Below, piece by piece: positions 7,867 through 15,482 of a stretch of DNA of 32,000 nucleotides. The DNA is taken from assembly GCA_965208905.1 (NCBI GenBank), contig OZ242365.1:1357902-1389901 (forward strand). The letters are read 5' to 3'. Each line of letters starts with the position of its first letter. Position 1 is the stretch's first letter. Origin of the DNA: Nitrosopumilaceae archaeon. Lineage in GTDB: Archaea > Thermoproteota > Nitrososphaeria > Nitrososphaerales > Nitrosopumilaceae. A program made the position numbers and the translations under genes. The notes below the pieces were generated by a model. It saw only the letters and a program-made list of their open reading frames with translations, searched no databases and was not told where the DNA came from.

Positions 7867-9570
7867 ATGAAAGTAAGTTTAATTATGCTCTTGCTGGCAG
7901 CGGTTGTTGCCACAGGAGCTACGATGACTAGCGCATACGCCCAACAGAACGGAGAGTCGATGGAAGCAATGGAGTCGATGGAAGCAATGGAAGCCCCAAT
8001 GCCCCCATCACCGTTTGCTCCCGGACAGTCAGTCTACTTCCCTCACGCTATGATCGGTCAGATAACCTCTAATCTTCCGCTGCCACCCTTCGACATGGCC
8101 AACGGCAACGCAGTCTTTGGGGTAATAATCCCAAACTTGGGTACTTGGATTCACCAAGAGGTATCCCCACACTTTGCGGACCCGTCGCTGTCGTTCAGAT
8201 ATGTTACGCTGATTCTTAATGCCGGCTACGACGCGACGGCGCCTTATCACGAGACGGCCGTCGGCGTATACTCACGTATTGACAACCGCCCGGCAAGTGA
8301 ATCTGCCGACAGCTACAACATCAACGTTGCATCCATCTATTCGGGATACCGGATGGGGATGGCGTTCGACCCAGACCGTGAACCGCAATGGCGGGCTATG
8401 ATGACTAACAATGGCTTGGACCCTGACGATGACACCGGATTGGACCTAGACTGCTCCCAGACGCACCAACTAGACTCGCCCATCGCCATAGGTAACTTGG
8501 CGAGCAAGTGTGTACTGGAGGCGCGGTGGTCTGATGGTTTCAACCACTTTGGGGATGAAACACCAGGACAACCATTCCGGGACACCACAGGCTATTCACC
8601 CGTCAACTCGGCCAACGAGCTGGTTGATCCGTCCAGGTGGCAACCTCTGATAAAACAACTCAGAGAGGGCACTTGGGTATCTCAACAGTTCACCACGCCA
8701 CAGTGGGCCGTGACCGAGCCATACTCGGACATCGATCCGAGAGAGTTCAGAGCACCACCCCCGTTCGCCAGTGACCACGCCTTTATGGACGACTACAAGG
8801 CACAGGCTGACGAGGTACTGGCTGCAGTAGCAGGCCTGACGGACGAACAGAAGATGCTGGTGGAATACTTCGACAACAAGGCACGTGAGACACTGTTCTT
8901 CCCGGCTGTAGAGGCGCTCCCAAACACAATGGACTTTTGGCAACTGGACTTTATGTTGCACATAGCCCAGTTTGATGCAGGAATTGTTGCTTGGCAAGAG
9001 AAGGCCAGATACGATGCCGTGCGCCCTGTTACCGCAATAAACTATCTGTATAGTGATGAGATCGTTCAGACCTATGGAATAGGCGGAGACGGTCCGAGAT
9101 CCATCGCAGGCAGCGAGTGGTACAGCTACGCTAACACTGGAGATCATCCAGAGTACCCATCCGCTACTGCATGCTTCTGCGCGGCGCAAGCTCAAGCTTG
9201 GAGGAATTATCTAGGTGGAGATGAAATCCCAGACGTTACCCTACCCAACGGGGAGGTTGTCGACGGATTCGTCGGAATATTGCCCGCAGGATCGTCCATA
9301 CACGAACCAGGAGTGACCCCTGCCAATGACGTAGTAGTAACCTATGACACTTGGACAGAATATGAGCAAGATTGCGCGGAAAGTAGGATATGGGCTGGTC
9401 TGCACTTTAGAGCGGCAGTAGAAGAGTCGCTCAATACGTGTAGCGATATAGGCAATGCGGCTTGGGACTACTTCTCAACACTGCTGGACGGGACAGCCCC
9501 GCTCAGACAGCCTGCTGAGAAACAAGACCAGGATCCGTTGCTGAACAGACCACACTTCACCGGACGATAA
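7867..9570 (+). CDS. secreted PAP2-superfamily / vanadium-haloperoxidase-like protein
   Basis: Signal peptide MKVSLIMLLLAAVVATGATMTSAYAQ. PAP2/VHPO motifs are KARYDAVRP (KX6RP), HPEYPSAT (a degenerate PSGH) and SRIWAGLHFRAAVE (SRX5HX3-like). ATG 7867 is preferred over GTG 7852. Confidence 0.7.
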   Translation: MKVSLIMLLLAAVVATGATMTSAYAQQNGESMEAMESMEAMEAPMPPSPFAPGQSVYFPHAMIGQITSNLPLPPFDMANGNAVFGVIIPNLGTWIHQEVSPHFADPSLSFRYVTLILNAGYDATAPYHETAVGVYSRIDNRPASESADSYNINVASIYSGYRMGMAFDPDREPQWRAMMTNNGLDPDDDTGLDLDCSQTHQLDSPIAIGNLASKCVLEARWSDGFNHFGDETPGQPFRDTTGYSPVNSANELVDPSRWQPLIKQLREGTWVSQQFTTPQWAVTEPYSDIDPREFRAPPPFASDHAFMDDYKAQADEVLAAVAGLTDEQKMLVEYFDNKARETLFFPAVEALPNTMDFWQLDFMLHIAQFDAGIVAWQEKARYDAVRPVTAINYLYSDEIVQTYGIGGDGPRSIAGSEWYSYANTGDHPEYPSATACFCAAQAQAWRNYLGGDEIPDVTLPNGEVVDGFVGILPAGSSIHEPGVTPANDVVVTYDTWTEYEQDCAESRIWAGLHFRAAVEESLNTCSDIGNAAWDYFSTLLDGTAPLRQPAEKQDQDPLLNRPHFTGR

Positions 9571-9578
9571 GACTAACA

Positions 9579-9602
9579 TTTCTTTTTTCTTTTTTTATTT
9601 AT
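9579..9602 (+). terminator. oligo-T tract (archaeal-type terminator candidate)
   Basis: tttcttttttctttttttatttat begins 9 nt after the stop at 9570. Confidence 0.35.
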
Positions 9603-9658
9603 TCATCTGGTATTGTATTTACAAGAGTCATGCCGCGCCCCATCCTTGCCGTCAACCA

Positions 9659-10060
9659 TTGAACCTCCATCCGGTTCGGGCTGGCGAATTCGTGCTGAGT
9701 ATGAGTGTGGCACGCGTTCATGCTGCCCCAGCCGAATATGGGTGGGGGATGTCCACTGAATTTGAGGCTGAGCTTCTTGATCGTGTAATCGAATTGATAA
9801 ACTCAAGACCGTACCACCCACAAATCAACTGCAAATTGGAGAGGTTCCACCGTAGTGTAGAAGAGGAGATGGAGCATTGGGATACTCTGTCCGAATACGT
9901 GACATCCTACAACGAGCGCAGACTTAGCGTCTCACTGGACATCAACAATCACCAGACATCGTTGAAGGTATTTTCAAACAAAAGATCTCTCGAAACAATA
10001 AAGCCGCCCCAACTGAATGGCGGAGGACGTAAACAATGGGGCGCAATGATTTCAATATAA
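9659..10060 (+). pseudogene. rve (IS481-like) integrase, C-terminal fragment
   Basis: SRPYHPQINCKLERFHRSVEEE...YVTSYNERRLSVSLD matches the HPQTNGKxERFHR...YNxxRxHxSL tail of DDE rve integrases. The upstream catalytic D residues are missing. Confidence 0.6.
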
Positions 10061-10064
10061 TACA

Positions 10065-10142
10065 GGAAATATTTTGGTAACACAAAACAGATGTAAGATT
10101 TAGCGCATCAACCACGACCAATATTTTGCAAATATGGACCGG
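10065..10142. repeat. 78-nt direct repeat, copy 2 (right border of the GC-rich cassette)
   Basis: Partner of 7381-7458. It starts 5 nt after the rve fragment stop and contains the last 14 codons and the stop of the 118-aa minus-strand ORF. Confidence 0.9.
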
Positions 10143-10456
10143 TCTCCTTGTTGTTTTATGACCACAGTACTGTCTTTGGATTTGAGATGTGCTTGGATAG
10201 TTTCAAGAATTGTACCCTCATCTTTTACCTTTGAGTTTTGCTTATGTAGATGAGTCACCAATTTTTTAATGAAATCCTCCTTAACACGTATAGTAAAAAA
10301 CCACCAACCCATAGCAAACTCTGCATCATCATCGAATCTATATGATACAGTATCGTGTACTATCATGCTTTGTAGGTGATCAAATATTTCTCTTAATATG
10401 AGTGCATCTGAATCTAGATTCCTTGTTGCTACACTGTATAACGGAATCCATGACAT
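10100..10456 (-). CDS. hypothetical protein
   Basis: 118-aa ORF with ATG start. No recognisable motif. Its 3' end lies inside repeat copy 2. Confidence 0.45.
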   Translation of the reverse strand: MSWIPLYSVATRNLDSDALILREIFDHLQSMIVHDTVSYRFDDDAEFAMGWWFFTIRVKEDFIKKLVTHLHKQNSKVKDEGTILETIQAHLKSKDSTVVIKQQGDRSIFAKYWSWLMR

Positions 10457-10502
10457 ACAACGCTATGCTTTCCTTTTATGTATAAAAGCACCTACTGTGC
10501 AT

Positions 10503-10552
10503 GCTTCTGGTAAGTTAACGTGAGATAGATCATCTTGGAAAGTGAGTGAGAT
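10503..10552. repeat. 50-nt inverted repeat, arm A (left border of the AT-rich island)
   Basis: gcttctggtaagttaacgtgagatagatcatcttggaaagtgagtgagat equals the reverse complement of 16894-16943 at 46 of 50 positions, including a 27-nt perfect run. Confidence 0.9.
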
Positions 10553-10695
10553 ACTTCGAATCTGTCAAAAAGGGTACATGAAACGGGACGGTTAAGAACT
10601 AAGTACCTCAACACACCTGTTAAGTGGTGGTACCTGAGGGGTTCTGGGATATATTAGGTACATAGAGTGTAGTGTAACAGAAGATCATGAAATCA

Positions 10696-11181
10696 CTAGC
10701 CAGACAACTTATAGTTGGTGTTTTCCTTTAACCATTGTCGGATAGTAGAATGAAGACCCCTCAACTCTGGGTCCCAAAGATACCTTACTGTTTCCTTATG
10801 TGCGCCTAACTCATCCAATACCATTCCAAAATACGACATCACATGCTGTTTTGTGAGTACACTATCATAGTATAAAGAGGTGACTGTAGTTAGATGATTG
10901 AGGTATTTTACACGTATGAACTTTAAGTTGTCATCTGTCTCAAATGTTTCTTGGTGGGATATCATAGAACACGCTGTGTACAAGTCCTTATCATTATACA
11001 GCTTCTCCCACAATTTTAGTATGAGATGTGCTGAATCAATCCAGACTCGTTGGTTCAACATATCTTTTTGTTGTTGAACCTGATGTCGGTTTGAGCGCCA
11101 TATCGCAAATGCAACCACCGCACTACCGCAGAATGTAAGTGCCGCAATGATTACGGAGATTGCCAATCCGAGATCAAACAT
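10696..11181 (-). CDS. hypothetical protein with an N-terminal transmembrane anchor
   Basis: 161-aa ORF. One N-terminal TM helix (LAISVIIAALTFCGSAVVAFAIW) is followed by a helical soluble part. No family was recognised. Confidence 0.55.
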   Translation of the reverse strand: MFDLGLAISVIIAALTFCGSAVVAFAIWRSNRHQVQQQKDMLNQRVWIDSAHLILKLWEKLYNDKDLYTACSMISHQETFETDDNLKFIRVKYLNHLTTVTSLYYDSVLTKQHVMSYFGMVLDELGAHKETVRYLWDPELRGLHSTIRQWLKENTNYKLSG

Positions 11182-11565
11182 CTTTGATCAAATCGGTGCC
11201 TAACCATATAAGCATGATGCAGAATGTTTTTTACCCCTAATCGCCATATTATAGTGTGGAACACTTGGAACCCATTATACTTGATTTCTACCTTCATAGA
11301 CAGCACGTAGATTTATCTGAACCCAAACCAGGAGGCAGGCCGGAAAAAGCCATCATGGCAAAACGTACAAAACATATCTACAAGCCTGTTGTTGCCATAC
11401 CTAGTGTTCGCACATAGGTTCTGTAACATCTTGTTTTATCCGGAAATCATGTCGCGCTATATTCTGGTCGTCAGTCATGAATATCATCCTCCATCCATGT
11501 AGGGTTTTGACTTCTTGTTTCAACAGTTGCCTTCTTTTTTTGAAAGAAATTAGTTGATATGTACA

Positions 11566-11580
11566 TAAAAAATAAAAAAG
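11566..11580 (-). terminator. oligo-T tract after the transposase stop
   Basis: The minus strand reads cttttttatttttta immediately after the TAA at 11581-11583. Confidence 0.3.
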
Positions 11581-12840
11581 TTAGGATGTTGACTTTGCAG
11601 CTGCTTGAATCATGGTAAGCCACTTGTTGTCACCTTCAACGGTGATACCTGCAGCCTCGGCGGGGGTTATCTGGTTTGGGAGTCCAAGGTGTGGGCGTAC
11701 AAAGTTGTGATACAATCGCAATCCAGAGATTATGCTAGAGTCATCCTTCTTCAAACCACGGCACACTTTCTCACGGTGTCGTAGTGTTGCCCCGTTGAAG
11801 GATTCCATTTGGTTGTTATGATGTATGCCATCAAAGGCAACATCATGTATATGCTCGGTCTCTTTGTGCAGAAAGTTCTTTGCTTTATACTGTTGTTTCC
11901 AAGCATGGTGAAAGTTGGCTGCCTTGTCACTAATTAATGTGGTTGGAACTTTACCCGTTACCTTCTTGGCCTGTTTAAACATCGGTGCTACGTCGTCATT
12001 GCCTTTGTGTTCGGCTACCATCTTGGCTATCCAAAACCTAGTCTCTGAATCAAGCATTGCAAATAGATATTTGCGGTTACCCTTGATTTTCAGGTATAAT
12101 TCATCTGTACGCCACTGTTCACCGACTTGTGGTTTAATCTTGTCAACAAAGGTCTCCATAAGTTCACCATACTGTTTACCCCAATTTTGTATGGTAACAT
12201 GAGTAGTCTTAAGTCCAGTCATTTCAAGGCTGCGGGCAACCTTCCTACTAGATAAGCCGCTAAACAGTAAATCTACAGCCTGTGTAATCTGTTCAGGTGT
12301 GGCTCTCTTGCGAGTGAACCCGACATTATGAGTGAACCGCTTAAGGCAGTCTATACACTTGAACTGCTGAACTGGACCTTTCTTGAACTTTCGTATACCA
12401 CATTTCACTACATTGGTTGACTCACAAAATTTACACTTGGTAAGGTCAACCTGCTTGATAATGATTTTAGGTACTTCCTGTTGTACCGCTTTTCTTATTC
12501 GGCGGCTTATCTCGACTGCATGAATATGCTTGCATATTACACCACGATACATATGATCCGGGCATGAACAAATCCAGCCATGCTCGGTGGATAATACCTC
12601 GTATACTTTATCGGATGATTGGGAACGTACCGTGTATGTCAGGTCGTCTATTCTCGTGATTTGGTTAGATTTACTGACTATTTGAGCGCCCCGTGTTATG
12701 CGGTCATTGGTGGTCTGTCCAGTCACATTGCCAACTGATATATTGTATAATGGTGTAATATGCTCAGAGTGCAATTCGCTCGTCATTGGGGTTGCTGCCC
12801 CTCTGGCTTTTGTTTTCATCATCGCATTTGTTATTGTCAT
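11581..12840 (-). CDS. DDE transposase, IS6-like (IS240-type) with N-terminal SWIM and zinc-ribbon fingers
   Basis: 419-aa ORF. SWIM finger is CSCPDHMYRGVICKHIHA and Zn ribbon is CKFCES...CIDC. Candidate DDE triad residues sit in WRTDELYLKIKG, LISDKAANF and NNQMESFNG. The tail is YHNFVRPHLGLPNQITPAEAAGI. Element ends were not identified. Confidence 0.8.
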   Translation of the reverse strand: MTITNAMMKTKARGAATPMTSELHSEHITPLYNISVGNVTGQTTNDRITRGAQIVSKSNQITRIDDLTYTVRSQSSDKVYEVLSTEHGWICSCPDHMYRGVICKHIHAVEISRRIRKAVQQEVPKIIIKQVDLTKCKFCESTNVVKCGIRKFKKGPVQQFKCIDCLKRFTHNVGFTRKRATPEQITQAVDLLFSGLSSRKVARSLEMTGLKTTHVTIQNWGKQYGELMETFVDKIKPQVGEQWRTDELYLKIKGNRKYLFAMLDSETRFWIAKMVAEHKGNDDVAPMFKQAKKVTGKVPTTLISDKAANFHHAWKQQYKAKNFLHKETEHIHDVAFDGIHHNNQMESFNGATLRHREKVCRGLKKDDSSIISGLRLYHNFVRPHLGLPNQITPAEAAGITVEGDNKWLTMIQAAAKSTS

Positions 12841-12915
12841 TAACTACCCTATGGTATAACGATAATATATAGTTATCCCATAGAAGGGTTAAAATAACTG
12901 ACATGTGGGTTAAGT

Positions 12916-13146
12916 GTGTTGGGAATTACTAAAAAAACAATCAAGGGTCTGGAATACATCTATTTTGCCTATTATGACGAGACATCAAAATCTAAACAAT
13001 ACAAATCGTGTGGGTCTGCTACCAATAAGGAATCTATGATCAAAGCTATATCACTTGAGCGCGAGTATCTGAAGCGACGTAAGAATAAACTAAACGAGGA
13101 AATTACACAGATACAGGAGAAAATAGATGGACTTGCAAAGTTATAA
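12916..13146 (+). CDS. small hypothetical protein: Arm/AP2-like N-terminal hairpin plus coiled coil
   Basis: 76-aa ORF with GTG start. KKTIKGLEYIYFAYYDETSKSKQYKSCGSATNKES resembles the Arm-type DNA-binding domain at the N-terminus of tyrosine integrases, and the C-terminal half is heptad-like. Its stop codon abuts the first 19-nt repeat. Confidence 0.35.
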   Translation: MLGITKKTIKGLEYIYFAYYDETSKSKQYKSCGSATNKESMIKAISLEREYLKRRKNKLNEEITQIQEKIDGLAKL

Positions 13147-13259
13147 TACGAGGCCTACGGCCAAATACGAGGCCTACGGCCAAATACGAGGCCTACGGCC
13201 AAATACGAGGCCTACGGCCAAATACGAGGCCTACGGCCAAATACGAGGCCTACGGCCAA
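13146..13259. repeat. perfect tandem repeat, 6 x 19 nt (atacgaggcctacggccaa)
   Basis: Six head-to-tail identical units were counted directly (13146, 13165, 13184, 13203, 13222, 13241). Each unit holds AGGCCT and a GGCC-tac-GGCC mini-palindrome. Confidence 0.97.
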
Positions 13260-13330
13260 ATTATACAAGCGGCGCCATACTATACAATACATACAACGCC
13301 TTATCAATTCATCGGAGGCTGTATATGTGA

Positions 13331-14779
13331 ATGTCTGGCATCAAGAACCGGACAATATTCACAGGCGACAACCTAGAGATATTACGTGGCTTTCCAGATG
13401 AATTTGTTGATTTAATATATCTAGACCCGCCATTTAACTCAAAACATAACTATGCTGCCCCCATAGGTTCTAAGGCGGCTGGGGCTGCCTTCAAGGATAC
13501 GTGGACTTTACAAGATGTGGATGTATCATGGTGGGGGGAGATTGCCGAGACAAACACTGCCCTGTATAAGGCACTAGAGGCAGCCAAACATACAGCAGGC
13601 AAGAGTGCCATGTCCTATCTAATCTACATGGCAATACGCATACTAGAGATGTATCGTATACTAAAGAGTACAGGTTCTATATACTTGCATTGCGACCCAA
13701 CCATGTCTCATTATTTGAAGATGGTGTTGGATTCGATTTTTGGAGTAGTGAATTTTAAGAACGAGATTGTATGGAAACGATCAAAGGGACATCCACTATC
13801 CATTAAAAAATTTGAAGCAGTAGCAGACTATATCTTAGTTTATCAAAAATCAGGTAACAGTGTTTTCTACCCAGTAAAATTACCAATGGATGAACAAACA
13901 ATAAAAAGAGATTATAGATATAAAGATGAACATGGGCGTTACAGTACATGTTCATTAACAGGTGGCAAGGCTGGCGGTGAATCTGCGTACTTACCATTTA
14001 ACGGTGCATTACCATCTTCAGGACGTGGATGGGCGCCACCTACTAGGCAAAAGATACCACAATGGGCAGCAAAAATATTACCTTCAGATTATGAAAAGAT
14101 GAATCAACTTGAAAAATGCCACGCTTTAGATGCTATTGGAATGATAGTATGGTCTGCTAATAACGTGCCTAGATACAAACACTATCTAAAAGACGTTCCA
14201 TACAAACTTGCTAATAGTGTATGGTATGACATAAAATTACTAACCTCCCATTCCAAAGAAAAACTCGGCTACCCCACCCAAAAACCCATAGCCTTGTTAG
14301 AACGTATAATACAAGCCTCTACAAACGAGGGAGATATTGTACTAGATCCGTTTTGTGGATGTGCGACCGCCTGTTCAGCAGCTGAACGGCTAAACCGAGA
14401 GTGGATTGGTATAGACATATCACCAAAGGCGGTTGAGTTGATGAACGCCAGAATGGTCAGCGAGGCAGGGATTGAAAAGTGGACAAAGGGCGCAGGAATG
14501 GTAATTCAAAGGACGGACATACCAATACGCAAAGGCAATAGATCAAAGAACATAAAACATCAACTATTCGGTATGCAGGAAGGCAGATGTAATCTATGCA
14601 GACATGAAATTGAATTTCGACATATGGAAGTCGACCATGTAATACCAAGGGCCAAGGGTGGACCTGATGATGATGGCAACCTCCAACTATTATGCGGTCA
14701 TTGCAATCGTGTTAAAGGTAAGGGGACAATGGCAGAAGCAAAGGTGAGACTGATCAAGCTGGGAATAGTAGCCCGTTAG
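13331..14779 (+). CDS. beta-class N6A/N4C DNA methyltransferase fused to a C-terminal HNH endonuclease domain
   Basis: Motif IV IYLDPPFN lies near the N-terminus. GYPTQKPIALLERII and motif I VLDPFCGCATA...IGIDISP come late, giving the beta order. The C-terminus CNLCRHEIEFRHMEVDHVIPRAKGGPDDDGNLQLLCGHCNRVKG is a canonical CxxC...DH...N...CxxC HNH domain. Confidence 0.85.
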   Translation: MSGIKNRTIFTGDNLEILRGFPDEFVDLIYLDPPFNSKHNYAAPIGSKAAGAAFKDTWTLQDVDVSWWGEIAETNTALYKALEAAKHTAGKSAMSYLIYMAIRILEMYRILKSTGSIYLHCDPTMSHYLKMVLDSIFGVVNFKNEIVWKRSKGHPLSIKKFEAVADYILVYQKSGNSVFYPVKLPMDEQTIKRDYRYKDEHGRYSTCSLTGGKAGGESAYLPFNGALPSSGRGWAPPTRQKIPQWAAKILPSDYEKMNQLEKCHALDAIGMIVWSANNVPRYKHYLKDVPYKLANSVWYDIKLLTSHSKEKLGYPTQKPIALLERIIQASTNEGDIVLDPFCGCATACSAAERLNREWIGIDISPKAVELMNARMVSEAGIEKWTKGAGMVIQRTDIPIRKGNRSKNIKHQLFGMQEGRCNLCRHEIEFRHMEVDHVIPRAKGGPDDDGNLQLLCGHCNRVKGKGTMAEAKVRLIKLGIVAR

Positions 14780-15080
14780 GTCATCGATTTTACACCATCA
14801 CACAGATCACTTTACAAAACCACCATCACACAAATTTGACAGCATATATCACTACACACGTTCTTGACAGTTCCCAAAACGAATTAGGGAATCTATACAA
14901 GGTGCATCTTGGTGATTTGATGTGTAGTGATGTATTGGTGATCTGAACAAGCATGTAAAGGTGACTTCTTACAGAATTTTGACTACTTACTGAATATAAT
15001 TAGTGTGGATGGTTGCGTGTAACTCCCCGACCTATATTCTGACGTAGTGCATGTCCTAAATGGCCTACCCATTTTTTCAT

Positions 15081-15482
15081 TTACCGTATATCTACGGTAG
15101 TTGTAGAATCTGGATTTGAAGAGAAAAGCCAGCCACGGGTTTGAGCTACTACTCTGAGATTCTTAGATATTCTCTTAATTTGACTTTTTGTAGAATTCCC
15201 AAACTCAATGAATGCATGTTCCTCGTATGGTATATGATCATCCACAACATCCAGATTCATGCGTGTACATTCGTTCACGGTCACAGCCATAACCCCGCTT
15301 GATTCTTTGTGTAATGTAGATGTATAATGTTGCCATGCTTTTTTAGCTGTTATTTGATCTCCATCGTAAACTGATAGACGGCACGGATCTCTTGATGAAG
15401 GACGAAATGCTCTAGATCCAGCACGACCTTCTCTAACGAAATTAGGATGAATCTGCCGGTATAGTTGGGTCTCACCATTCAT
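15081..15482 (-). CDS. hypothetical 133-aa protein, downstream member of a two-gene operon (candidate toxin/effector)
   Basis: ATG overlaps the upstream stop as ATGA. Motifs in order are LYRQIHP, RAFRPSSRD, RLSVYDG and PYEEHAFIEF. This aromatic-Arg ... Ser ... acidic pattern loosely recalls R-S-E ADP-ribosyltransferases. The family is unassigned. Confidence 0.6.
   Translation of the reverse strand: MNGETQLYRQIHPNFVREGRAGSRAFRPSSRDPCRLSVYDGDQITAKKAWQHYTSTLHKESSGVMAVTVNECTRMNLDVVDDHIPYEEHAFIEFGNSTKSQIKRISKNLRVVAQTRGWLFSSNPDSTTTVDIR

Noticed and set aside
8029-9195. Minus-strand ORFs inside the haloperoxidase-like gene (73, 83 and 199 aa)
   Set aside because: They are shadow ORFs opposite a GC-rich, motif-supported plus-strand gene. 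None has a motif of its own.
4167-10060. The idea that the integrase HTH fragment (4167-4481, minus) and the rve C-terminal fragment (9659-10060, plus) are two halves of one IS split by an inversion
   Set aside because: The two pieces would leave the whole catalytic core missing, no matching inverted junctions are visible, and the family is multicopy in such genomes. The idea cannot be supported from this window.
13146-13259. Possible CRISPR array
   Set aside because: The six 19-nt units are contiguous with no spacers, the unit is shorter than CRISPR repeats, and no cas genes are present. It is a plain tandem repeat.
13127-13330. Tracked 67-aa ORF (NTRPTAKYEAYGQIRGLRP repeated)
   Set aside because: Its sequence is just the 19-nt repeat read in all three frames in turn. 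It is a translation artefact of the tandem array.
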